Source: the human T2T-CHM13v2.0 reference genome, Homo sapiens
Assembly (NCBI RefSeq): GCF_009914755.1
Contig: NC_060929.1
Direction: 5' to 3' (one strand)
DNA length: 64,000 bases
Notes under the pieces: model-generated
The model's input: only the letters and a program-made list of their open reading frames with translations
What the model was told of the DNA's origin: nothing
Database searches by the model: none
Program-made: the position numbers and the translations under genes
In this document: one piece after another, positions 37,278 to 64,000 of the stretch
How the letters are laid out: every line of letters begins with the position of its first letter
Numbering within the stretch: the stretch's first letter is position 1

Positions 37278-38273
37278 TTTTCAAAGATACCTTGAAGTTG
37301 ATTTTCATCTGATCTCACCTGGATTGGTATGTGGAGAAGGAAGCAGAGGGCTTGCAGAGTGGTTTGTCTTAGATGTCACACCCTGGGAATGGGAGAGCCC
37401 TTTCCAGGATTGGCCTGGGGCCCAAGCCAACTTCTCTGGAGGCCAGATTGCACAAGAGCAACCTATGCCAATCATTTTAGAATCTAGAGAAACATCAGAG
37501 TCTCTGCTGGCCAGGGAACCAGGCCTACCACTGAGAGACTATTGTCAGACATTGAGCAATCAGCTGTGGACCTCCAGGAAGAGGGAACTGTGGTATTTAC
37601 ACATGACTTTCCAAGAGAAACAGGGCCTCTGCAGCATACAATGTGTTCCTAATAGTACTCTCAGGAATACTTTACTACTGTCATTAAGATATGTTATATG
37701 TGCCTGTTATGTAACCACTGTCTCACATTTTAGACTTTATTTAGTATCACCCAGATATTTAGGGGAAATTTTCTCTCTGCCTTCCACTTTATGTGCATGC
37801 TGTCAATATCACTGACCTGGAAACTTGGGCAGTGCTCAATATAAGACCAATTAATACCAAATGAGTAAGGAGGTGTGAATTCAGATGACCACCTTCTTTG
37901 AAGGCTCACACAGAGGTCTTAGGAAGATCACGATATGTGCTAGACCTCTAAACTGATATTCCCCTCCTGTTCAGGCATTTGTGGGGTTGATGGAATTGGA
38001 ATGCTGCCCAGACCTTGAAGCAACAATATTAATTGCGATACTGGATATGTAAGTCAAACTGACTCCTTGCAAAGTCAGAAGAAATGGTAAAATGCTTCAT
38101 ACACCCTTTCATTATTATTGTTATTTCTGGCAAGTAAAGAACTGCCAAGGAGATGCAGGTGGCAGAACCTTTGATTTATGCAACGTGCAAAGTAATTGTG
38201 GAGACTGATTATTAACATGAGTTTCTCAGATCAATGAAATGGCTGTGAAGTTTCTGGCTTGGAATAGATCTTG
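37278..38273 (+). pseudogene. Fossil exon F12 (large)
   Basis: Acceptor TTCCTTTCCACCCTTTTGTAG|T (phase 2) opens a 178-codon stop-free frame, FQRYLEVDFHLISPGLVCGEGSRGLAEWFVLDVTPWEWESPF... (to 37812); further broken frames run to the donor TG|GTACGT. Confidence 0.65.
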
Positions 38274-38499
38274 GTACGTAGCTAGAGTCTGATGAAATAA
38301 CAAATTAAATAATAAGGACAGCTATGTGGGCTTAACTGAGGTGCTGAATCCAATGTGGAAACAGAGTAGCTTATCAGTAGCTCGGCTCACTGACCCACGA
38401 GAACAATCAGCACCAGTCTGAGGTGTGTTACAGGGAGAGTCAGGTGCTGGTGTCAGGCCAGAGCTGCTCTGTAGACTGAGAATTGCATTTGTGATAGCA

Positions 38500-40244
<1,745 letters not shown>

Positions 40245-40288
40245 CCAGACACATTATTGTTTGGCCATATATGTATTATATTTTGTAG

Positions 40289-42111
40289 TTAGTGCATCAC
40301 AGACCATCTAACATGATAGACATTTGGCAGGATACTCTGGCACACTAGTAAAATCCCATTAAATTCCTCTTTGTCTCCCCCACATGCATGTGTGACAACA
40401 TTCAGAAGAGGGCACAAAATATATAAAATAGTGAACACTGCTTGCCAAATGATGCATAATTGCTTTCAGTCCCGTACATTTCCATTGAGATCCAACCATA
40501 TATGGCGAGGAAGAAACCAGCACAATTTTCAAAAGTGCTTGCGCATGGTAGCTAAACTCCTCAGCATGGCACCCACACCAGCCATCAAGGAGTGAGAGTC
40601 ACTTCTATGCCCCATAAATCAGAAGACTTTACTGGTTTCTAATTTGTGGGGTAGACATTTAGACTCATCATATTTGCATTTTACTGCTTCATAATCTGGT
40701 ATATGAAATAGATTGCTAGGTGGCTAAGTTTGCTTTTCAGGGAGAATTTAAAATGCAACACAATATGCATCATTATCCATGCTCAGGAGGCCATGGCACT
40801 TAAAATATGGCACAGTTATATGTGAAACATTCTACAGAAGTCCACACTCAGAGATTTGAGCATGTCACCTACTCCATCATCCTGATGTTTTGTGTTGTTG
40901 CCATAAAATTGTGCAAGGTGCCAATGAGCCTTATAGTTCTGTTATACCACAAATCAGACTGTATGTGCAGACTATGCATACAGATAATGTGGAAAAAAAG
41001 AAAACCCTTGTGTTTTCTTTGGAGCAAGACATAAAAAGCAGAAAGAATTTGAAATTCTCTTGAAAGCTGTAAAAGTAGGCTTGACAGTCACTGGGCTCAT
41101 CCAGTTTGAAGGCAGAGCACAGGACTGAATGACCTCACTCATCATTCTGTAGCTCTGGGAAACAGAGTCTGTCAACTGAAACTCTTAGTAAAAAAGTATA
41201 CCCTTCAATAAAAGTCCATAGGATGGATTGAAAAATACCCCTGGCTTTCATATAAGTTGAAAACATAAGCCAGGTGCAATGGCTCACACCAACACTTTGG
41301 GAGGCCAAGGCAAAAGGATCATTTGAGGCCAGGAATTTGAGACCAGCCTGGGCAACATAGTGAGATCCTGAATCTATTAAAAAAAAAAAAAAAAAAACAA
41401 ACAAACAAACAAACAAAAAAAACAACATTAAAAAATTAGCTGGGCATGATATTGCACCTGTAGTCCCAGTTACTCGAGAGGCTGAGGTGGAAGGAGTGCT
41501 TGAATTTGGGAGGTCAAGGTTGCAGTGAGCTGCAGTCATGCCACTGCACTCCAGCCTGGGTGACAGAGCAAGGCCTTGTCTTAAAAAAAAAAAAAGAAAA
41601 AAGAAAAGGAAAAAAAAAAGACCGGGAACGGTGGCTTATGCTCGTAATCCCAGCACTTTGGGAGGCCAAGGCGGGTGGATCACGAGGTCAGGAGATCGAG
41701 ACCATCCTGGCTAACATGGTGAAACCCCGTCTCTACTAAACATACAAAAAAATTAGCCGGGCATGGTGGTGGGCGCCTGTGATCAGCTACTTGGGAGGCT
41801 GAGGCAGAAGAATGGTGTAAACCCAGGAGGTGGAGCTTGCAGTGAGCCGAGATCGGGCTACTGCACTCCAGCCTGGGCGACACTGCAAGACTCTGTCTCA
41901 AAAAAAAAAAAAAAAAAAAGGAAAATGTAAACCTTTACCAGTTCTGCATACTTTGTGGCTTGTGCTGTCTGCTTTCTCTTCTCTAAGGTTCTAAGGTGCT
42001 TTCTCTTCTCTAAGGAATTGGTCAAATCTTCTTTATCAGGCCATCTCCAAAGACTCTAACCTGCTGTCAGTTGGCAACACTTGGGTCAAGGGTCAAGGGC
42101 ACCCTCTTGTG
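40289..42111 (+). pseudogene. Fossil exon F13 (large, split by tandem Alus)
   Basis: Acceptor TTTTGTAG|. Broken frames include NPIKFLFVSPTCMCDNIQKR, YSSVIPQIRLYVQTMHTD and EFEILLKAVKVGLTVTGLIQFEGRA; after the Alus, NWSNLLYQAISKDSNLLSVGNTWVKGQGHPLV with donor GTG|GTATGT. Confidence 0.45.
41268..41918 (+). mobile_element. AluJ (41268-41618) with an AluY inserted at its tail (41620-41918)
   Basis: AluY diagnostics GAGATCGAGACCATCCTGGCTAAC and GGAGCTTGCAG; outer TSD-like GAAAACATAA / GAAAATGTAA. Confidence 0.88.
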
Positions 42112-42664
42112 GTATGTCAGTGTGGGGGAGGGAAGAGAATAGAGTGGGGTCATGAGGTCAGTATGATCAGTTATGCTTAAGCACCCACCCAAGTCTATGC
42201 CACTATCAAAAAGCTGTGGTGTAGCAGACATTCCGTGTTACAATATTACACTACAATGTTCAGTAGTGAGTAACACATTATCAAGTACCTGGCTGAAGTT
42301 AGATTGCATGAGTTGTAGTAAGCCAAGTCAGCATGCTTCCGTAACTACTTCAAAGACATATGGCCTAAAGTAGAACTGGGAAAAGCCCTCTACATAGACT
42401 ATTCTGGATTGACTAATTTTATGATACACGAGGAAGTGCACAGTAATTTACACTGTACTGTACATTGCACTGATGGGTGACTGAACTTATACCACTGTAC
42501 CGGTAGGGCCTTGGCAGAGTTAAATTGTACCCAGCAGAGGGCTGATGGACTTGGTGATGAGGGTCATTTAAGAAATATTAAAGATATCGATAAGGCAGAA
42601 CAGCTGGCTCAATTAAAAAAAGAGAGATGAGGAAAATGAAGTTAAAGAAGCAGGATGGGTCTGG

Positions 42665-43636
42665 AGTAGTGGTCTTCAAAATATCATTCCTGAACAGCAG
42701 CATCGACATCAATTGGAAATGTGTTGGAAATGTAAGTGATCAGGACCTACCAAATCAGAACTCTGGGGATGGGTCCCAAGCAGTCCAGGTTTTAACAAGC
42801 CCTGAATGTGATTGTGATGTATGGTAGAGTTTGAGAACTACTGGTCTAGAGAAAGGAAACAAAGCTTAAGATCTCAGAGGTGACCAGTATCATCTAAGAA
42901 GGAGGTACAGGGGCCCACTGTACTGATAAGTGGCTGATGTGATGTGGCAATGAGAGTAGTGGCATAGAATAGGGGAATGCACAAGTCCAGGTTTTAGGCA
43001 GGTTATCTGTAACTGGGAAAGATAAAAGCAAGGGTTGGAATAAAAGGAAAAAGGGGATCCTTTTTGCTCATATCATCAAAGAAGGGGAAAGTGAGTCTTA
43101 GAAGGTGAGGAGGATTTGAAGTGAGCAATATAATGAGCTATCAAATGAAAAAAACTGAGAACTCTGACAGTGGTGAGCAAAGACCAGTTGGTTAAATGGG
43201 CCAAACTAAGTAATCATTCCACCAGCCAAAAGAAACAGGAGCCAAGGGTGTCTGCCTAAGGGTCAGAGTGGGAAGGTTGCTGCCTCAGAAAGGGCCGAGT
43301 TAAAGAGGTGAAAATAAAACGGAGAGTTTTGACTGGGCACGGTAGCTCACGCCTGTAATCCCAGCACTATTGGGAGGCTGAGACAGGCGAATCACTTGAG
43401 GTCAGGAGTTCGAGACCAGCCTGGCCAACATGATGAAACCCCATCTTTACTAAAAATAAAAAAATTAGCCTGTTGTGGCAGGTGCCTGTAATCCAAGGCT
43501 GAGGCAGGAGAATCTCTTGAATCTGGGAGGCCGAGGTTGTAGTGAGCCGAGATCATGTCACTGCACTCCATCCTGGGCGACAGAGCGAGACTCCATCTCA
43601 AAATAAATAAATAAATAAATAAAATAAAATAAAAAA
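42665..43636. mobile_element. MER5A (~42665-42845) and AluS (43331-43636, +)
   Basis: ATCAGAACTCTGGGGATGGGTCCC...AGTTTGAGAACTACTG; Alu motifs. Confidence 0.75.
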
Positions 43637-43666
43637 GGGAGTTTTTACCCATTCACAACAGGGATT

Positions 43667-48224
<4,558 letters not shown>

Positions 48225-48582
48225 CACAACAGGGATTCTTAAGCCTGCCATTAAAGAAAGCTGGGCTTGGGGATGAGTAGAACATAGTTCAGTGGCAGAA
48301 GTTGTCCAGAAGCCAGCATGAATAACACAACTCAAGAAAAGAGAATGGTAGACTGGGAGGTTGGATCAGTGAAACAGCAAAGAGAGAAACACTAGGTGAA
48401 GGAAGTTAGTCTAGAGGATGGAGAAGAATGCACACGTGCAAATAAGGTACAATCTAACTTTCAATCACAACATTGTATTGACACAAATTCTTTCATTGTA
48501 AGCAAAAACAAAGTGCGGGCATGGGGAGGTGGTTGCTAGTTTTCCAGACATTACAATCACAACTTTTGTGGTCCATTTAGAG

Positions 48583-48939
48583 AAGGGGTCCCCAACTCCT
48601 TGGCTGTGGACAGGTACTGGTCCATGGCCTGTTAGTAACTGGGCCACAGAGCAGGAAGTGAGTGGTGGGTGAGCGAGCATTATCACCTGAGCTCTACCTC
48701 CTGTTAGATCAGCTCCAGCATTAGAGACCCATAGGAGCAGGAAACCTATTGTGAACTGCACATGTGAGAGATCTAGGTTGAAAGCTCCTTATGAGAATCT
48801 AATGCTGAATGATCTAAAATGGAACTGTTTCATCCTGAAACCATCCCCACCCCCACCCCGCCCCTGCCATCTGTGGAAAAATTGTCTTCCACCAAACTAG
48901 TCTCTCCAGTCTCTGGTGCCAAAAGGCTGGGGACTGCTG
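48583..48939. mobile_element. MER1B (hAT-Charlie), opposite orientation to the 31.5-kb copy
   Basis: Exact 8-bp TSD ATTTAGAG at 48575-48582 and 48940-48947. Confidence 0.9.
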
Positions 48940-49081
48940 ATTTAGAGGACAAGGAAGATTTCCGATGGTAGAGGTAGGAACCAAGATGAATCCACACATA
49001 AAATGTGCAGATTGTTTAAGCAAGGAGTTATGTTCAAAAGTGAATTCCCATTCTAATAAAGAAAAGTTATGACAACCCAAA

Positions 49082-51054
49082 AAATGCCTATGTAGCATTC
49101 TTATTTATTTATTTTATGTTTATTTTTTAAGACAGTCTCCCTCTGTCACACAGGCTGCAGTGCAGTGGCCCCATCTCAGCTCACTACAACCTCTGCCTCC
49201 CAGGTTCAAGCCATTGTCTGCCTCAGCCTCCCGAATAGCTGAAACTACAGGTGCACACCAGCACGCCCAGTTAATTTTTGTATTTTTAGTAGAGACGGGG
49301 TTTCACCATGTTGGCCAGGCTGGTCTCGAACTCCTGACCTCAAGTGACCTGCCTGCCTCGGCCTCCCAAAGTGTTGGGATTACAGGCGTGAGCCACCACG
49401 TCCGGTCACTATGTAGCATTCTTAAATAAGGCCCTATATTTTTAATAATATTTATTTGTTTAATATGAAGAAAGAAAAAGTAGAAAAGGTTTTGCAATTT
49501 AGTCAGGAATTGTTACACAAGATACAGACTTTATTTCCATGGATTTCTGAAGCCAGTGCTTAAAAAAAAAACTCTAATCAAATTTACCCCCACTATATAA
49601 TATTTACCATTATACCAACCAAACTTATACAATAATTACTCTTGAAAAATAAGTAGACTGTAATATCTAATCAATTGCAAAATATAATAGATTGCAACCA
49701 ATTTGTTAACAACAAGAAAAAAAACTCCCCTAAAGAGCTTGAACCTTCATAATAATTTACAGAATTCTGTTTAACTTAATATACAAGAAAATCTGCTGTG
49801 GATAAGGCATTGCTTTATGAACCCTCCATCTTTCCTCAGAGAATAAGGCACCAATCACTAACATTATAAATCACAAAAGTGTAAGAAAATCTGAAGACAG
49901 CAGATGCCATATATGCCACAAAGAAAAGCAGGTACCTTTAGGGCACTGACTTTAATAAACTGTGCAAATATAAGATGTATAGCAACTAAATTTTCCTTCT
50001 CTAATAAAGAGGAATCATTTTAATAGAAGATCAACCTGAAAGAAAAAGGAAAAAGCAAATTTCCTAAAACTTTATTTTGAAAAAAATATATGCTGTCTTT
50101 CAGTATCAGGCAGAGTAAAATATTTTAGAATAGTATATAAAATAGTATATAAACAAACTGATAGCAACTAAAATAATTTTAATGGTACATTCAGGAATTT
50201 ACATTTGAAATGACATTTCTGGTCTTTTTTTTGCATAAATTCAAATGTTACGGTTATGATCCAAATATCAACATTTTGTTAATGTTACTTATTATTTTCA
50301 AAACAGTTAAAACTAACACACGAGATTCTAGGCTAGAGATACCAAAAAATACTACTTCAGTAAAGTGCTACTGTAGCCAACATGTTTTAATAATTATTTC
50401 CTAAATTAATTTCTGAAATAATAAGCTAGATCTAATGTTAGCTACTGGATATTATAATGATGTGTCACAAGTGCTCTGAAGGTTTTGCCAGTAATCATAA
50501 CTCATAAAGCATTCTGCAAATTAAATTTCACTCAGGATCAACATATATGAAAATAAATACATGTTAGCATTAACTATACATTTGTATAGTTAAATGATTC
50601 ATATCATTTATTTGGTGATTTCACTATTTCAATATCTCAGGAAAATTGGATCCAAATATAATGTTAACTCTTTACAAATTAGTTACCCTAAAATTTGAGC
50701 TGTTTTTCATTAGGAAATGGACTAAATTCCAGGTATATTTCCAGAAAATGAACTGGATGTTAATCTAAAAGAACTACTAGTAAAGCCAGATAAATAGAAA
50801 AAAACAGTAAAAATATATTGTGGAATAAATGAAACTCTAATATTGCACTAGAGTTGTCATAGAAGAGAGAAGTAGAATAATAACAAGTATAATTTTTAAA
50901 AAAGTTGTATACACTTCCTGAGCAAGAGGATTGCAGAATTATAATAACTAAATAATATAAACACCTAACTGTATTTTTAAAAATTAACTTTAATGTTGGC
51001 TACTCTTAATTATCATCATCTGAGCCATTTGCTTCTCTAAGACTGCCGTGTACC
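49082..51054 (-). other. TMEM267: TMEM267 3' UTR (distal end inferred), with several AATAAA hexamers
   Basis: AU-rich sequence after the stop; minus-strand AATAAA at 50071-50076, 49530-49535, 49451-49456 and 49104-49109. Confidence 0.65.
49104..49408 (-). mobile_element. AluSx, sense to TMEM267
   Basis: 16-bp TSD CTATGTAGCATTCTTA at 49088-49103 and 49409-49424. Confidence 0.92.
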
Positions 51055-51390
51055 TCAGACATCAATACGAACTCCATGTTTTGAAGACATCATTTGTCTG
51101 GTTCCTGTTAAATACATAACGAATGAACAGATGTGAGGTAAAGATGATGTGATTATTACATAAAGCCAGAATGGCAAAGGAGAAGTTTTTCCAAATGGGC
51201 ATATCCACAAACCATGACGAATCCCATCTCGGATATGATGTGAAGTCCAGGATATAAATAACATCCAGGGAAGAAAGCACCATGAGTCTTTGAGCTTGAA
51301 AAGGTGCATAGTAAATTTCAGGGTCAGAACCACAACGGGAATCACAGTAGAACAGTGAAGGAAAGGTCTTCGCGGGAGAGTCAAAGCAGC
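51055..51390 (-). CDS. TMEM267: Transmembrane protein 267 (C5orf28), last coding exon (111 aa plus stop)
   Basis: Acceptor TTTGCTCCCTCAG|GCT; [15 protein letters not shown]...[15 protein letters not shown]...KHGVRIDV*; phase-0 join gives 215 aa in total. Confidence 0.95.
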   Translation of the reverse strand, partial: AALTLPRRPFLHCSTVIPVVVLTLKFTMHLFKLKDSWCFLPWMLFISWTSHHIRDGIRHGLWICPFGKTSPLPFWLYVIITSSLPHICSFVMYLTGTRQMMSSKHGVRIDV

Positions 51391-51930
51391 CTGAGGGAGC
51401 AAAGTAATAGCGAGTATCATTTCCTTTCTAGCAAAACAAAATTTTATACATGCTTCTTAATATTTTAAAATATTTTCCAGAGTCTATTGGACATGCAAAA
51501 GAAACATGTTCTATGCCACTTCAGGATACATATACCAAAATTATATATATATAAAAGAATATAAAAGTGTGAGCAGGATATCCTTTACATTAAAAATAAA
51601 ATCAAGGTCTCAGGAATATGGTGATTAATTTTTTAAGTTTCCCATTATTTGCTTAGAAAATTCACAATATGAACATAATTTATAATCTAAGTGTACAGTT
51701 TGTGTAATTTGGAGTTTTATATAATTATCCAGGGCCTCTAAGAGCACTGTAAAAATATCTCACAACCAAATAAAATATTCTTTAGTTAAGGCAAAAGAGG
51801 GAAATATTTTTGTTATATCCATTTTATATTAGCTATAAACACTTTTGGAATTTATTTACAACATTTAGAAAAATTATATTATTTTAAATACGTATTCTAA
51901 AATTGAGTTAAATAAACTTCAGTAAATTTC

Positions 51931-56080
<4,150 letters not shown>

Positions 56081-56092
56081 AGAAGAAAAGGG

Positions 56093-57436
<1,344 letters not shown>

Positions 57437-58490
57437 TGAAGAAAAGAAAAGTACTCTACTAACACCAAACAACCAGGATTCAAACTCAAGTCTTCTCATT
57501 TCAATCTTAAACAAAATGTTATGCTAACTCTACTTATAGCACAAAAGTTTGTCTTTAATTAGCAATTACTGATTCTTTACTGATTAAGTTTCTAAATAAG
57601 TGAATCAATTTCTGAGAAATACCTGGTACTTGACGCATAATAGGAAAAAGTGAATATTTCTCATTCATTCCACAAATATTTCCTGAATATCTACTAGGTA
57701 AGCCAGGCATTGTTCTAGGCCAGGGGTGAATGAAACAGAAAGTCCTTGCTCTATGAGTTTAGATTTCTTTCCTGAAATGTTTATAGATCATAAGCACGTA
57801 AAATATAGGCAAATCTTCTGACATTTAGAAAATATTATCTGAACCAACATTTTAAGTTTAGTTCATTTGTGAACTATATAACTGAACTCCTGAATGCCTC
57901 AGTGAAATTCCTCAATTTCTTCACAAGGGACTGTGTTCTAGCCAGTCCAGTTGAAATACATGCCTTTCGCTCCAAAAGGGACTGGGAGAATTAATCTGTT
58001 CAAGTCATTCCTTAGGACTGGGAATCATCTTAAAGCTATTCAACTTTTATGGAGTACTTAGGAGCTGCATACTAACTGTAAAACATAAAGAATAAGGGGG
58101 AAATGTTAAGTGTGCTCCTGAAGAAAGTACACTGATACAGAAAGAACTAGGACAGCCTTGAGAATCACCCCTGTTAATTTAAACCGGTTTGCTAATACTT
58201 TCTTCAAGACCTGGCTAAACGCATCCTCTGTAAGCCAGCACTGAACTCTTTAGGTACAGTTCGTGGGTCTTTGCTCTATGTGAATCCATAGCAGTTTGTG
58301 ATGGCAAATAATTTGATTAGCAACATGTCTGTGTGCATCTTTAGGCAAGTACTAAGTGGTCAAAAAGGTTACATGAATGTGCTTTCCTATTTTAAGACAA
58401 ATCCTCTCTAGTTCTAAATGATGCTGTAAAGATCAGCAAAATAGTGCTAAGGAAATTAAAGATCAGAAAAATTAAGCCTATGCTTTTTAC

Positions 58491-58802
58491 CTTTAAAGAC
58501 ATGGATCCAGCTAGAAAAAAGTGGTCTACATCAATAACAGAGGCTAAAAATCCAGCTAAAATGATTTCTCCAAAGTCAGTCTTCTTCTTGATTCCAGTGA
58601 CTACCGCCCATGACCACATGCCAATTACACAATGTACTGCATTATCTGAGAGAGCACGAAGCCAGTCATTTTGCTGAATTGTGGAAAACTGAAGAAGTCT
58701 GTCAGCTACGAGGCAAAATGCCCCCAGACCAAGGCTGGAAATAAGAGATTCAGTGCTACAAGTCTGCAGTAAAGCATGGGTCTTTTCAGTCTCGGATGCC
58801 AT
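58491..58802 (-). CDS. TMEM267: Transmembrane protein 267, first coding exon (exon spans 58491-58876, including 74 nt of 5' UTR)
   Basis: gtcATGG start; [27 protein letters not shown]...[18 protein letters not shown]; donor AAG|GTAAAA; acceptor TCTCCTTTAG| at 58877. The upstream non-coding exon is outside the window. Confidence 0.95.
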
Positions 58803-59839
58803 GACAAACAATATGTTAGTATAGACTAAAAGCCATCAGGAATGAACAGTCTATTCTTGTTTACATTTCCAGCACCCTAAAGGAGAAAGTAGAGAAAAAT
58901 ATGAATGAAGATTATGGACTACCATATAATATTTAAACAAAACAGTATCAGCAATAATTTCACAAACATAAAACCAAGATGTAAATACTGGCAACTTTTA
59001 CATGTTATATATAATATGTCACATAGCCCAAGGAGAATAGATTTTTTTTTTTTTTTTTTTTTTAGGAAGAGCAGGGTACATGGTATGTATCAAGGAGAAT
59101 TTCAGAAAGCCCACCAACTGCAATCTATTGCTTTAAGGTCATCAAATAGATCTATCTCCCAGCTGTGTGTAGTACATGGTGGTGAATATCCGTTGGGTTT
59201 GTGTACCCAACAACTACTTTCCATACTTCTGACAACAGTAATCCCTTCCTTTGGGAAAACTTTCTCACATTAAACTCCAGAGCTCACCAATTAGAGTTTT
59301 CCATTTCCCTAATAATGGTGACTAATCTAGTAATGAAAGTGGTCCAGGCTGAGCCAATCAGATTCCTTTCCAAAATTTGTCTTGTGGTAGAGAAAGTTCC
59401 TCTTCTTGGAGGCCATGGGCTCCACTACACGAAATAGCCTAGGAAAATAAAATCCCAGAGAGACACAAAGGAGAAAGGCTAATAGAATCATGATGACAGT
59501 GAGTACTTATGTCCAACGTCTAAAGGTTCTCAGAGCTACCCTAGATCTTGCAGCTCCCCCTCCACTTCAATGAGCTACCCCAACATTTTCCCATCAAATC
59601 CCCTTTACATTTCTGATGCCTTGAACCAAATAACCTTAATTGATATAAAAATGCAATCATAATTCTATGCTGAGTTCTCACATGGCACAGAATATTGACA
59701 TTATTTACCTAGCTAGAAAATATTTGTCTACCTAAAGTGTGACACATGAAGTTTTTTCTTTTACATTGTTTTGTTTTAATCCTGAGACTAAAGAATAACT
59801 GATTTATTGATAATGACTCAACTTCTATTACACAATAAA

Positions 59840-63490
<3,651 letters not shown>

Positions 63491-64000
63491 TACAGTTAAT
63501 TACATGTCAATTATACTCCAACAAAGATGTTAAAAAGTTAGGAAGGTACACTTCATTGATTATAAAACAGCAGGCTTTTGTAAAAAAGGAGAAATATGAA
63601 AACAAGAAACTATGGAAATGAAAAAGTTGATTACCCAAATAAAAACTCAATGCAAAGTCTACTATGCACTGAAGGAATGCACAGTGGCGTGAATCTTTCA
63701 AACATCAAAATTAGTAAATGAGAACATTTGCAAATAATTTTTCCAAAGCTTAAGGGGAAAATATAAGACAAAGAGTTGGGCATTGAAAAAAAATTTCCAA
63801 AAATAAAGAGAAAACCTTTAGAGTTTCTATGTCAAAAAAAAAAAATTATCTTCCAAAGAAAGAGAATGTGATTATCATCAACCCTAAATGTCAGAATACT
63901 GTGAGGTAACATTTACAGAACTCTGAGAGAAAAAGATCATAGACTGTAGCATTCTAAGCATAGTTAAATTATGGCACCTATGTGGCAACTGTGAATTTTA

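Noticed and set aside
37540-37800. Faint resemblance of some frames to GREB1/GREB1L motifs (LSK..AAYN, LSAFHF)
   Set aside because: The matches are a few residues long, in different frames, and none of the other fossil exons resembles GREB1; treated as chance.
58392-58811. 139-aa single-exon TMEM267 ORF and 121-aa ORF at 51055-51420 as separate proteins
   Set aside because: They are the two spliced exons plus intronic read-through; the phase-0 join gives the 215-aa protein.

Overview
Primate (human-like) genomic DNA, about half of it interspersed repeats. Two host genes are recognisable, both on the minus strand: CCL28 (signal-peptide exon 1, CDS 17083-17146; everything to its left is intron 1) and TMEM267/C5orf28 (complete 215-aa CDS in exons 58491-58802 and 51055-51390, plus 3' UTR). 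This is the CCL28-TMEM267 neighbourhood of human 5p12. Repeats include a full-length L1PA5-like element (7371-13471, +), a 5'-truncated inverted L1PA copy (43667-48224, -), about 35 Alus, solo LTRs (MER41A, MER11, MER21A, MST, MLT1) and hAT MITEs, often nested with readable TSDs. The main unexplained signal is a chain of about 13 non-repetitive, exon-like blocks on the plus strand, running from the CpG island at 1.6-2.1 kb to 42.1 kb. Most have canonical AG/GT ends, mutually compatible splice phases and few stops, and only primate Alus interrupt them. I infer a large decayed (unitary-pseudogene-like) gene, antisense to and interleaved with CCL28; I could not name its protein family. Also notable are a ~150-bp, ~94%-identical inverted duplication (32282-32432 / 33547-33694) and an open L1 ORF0 pointing toward CCL28 exon 2. 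Repeat subfamily calls are by eye, and boundaries without a quoted TSD are approximate.
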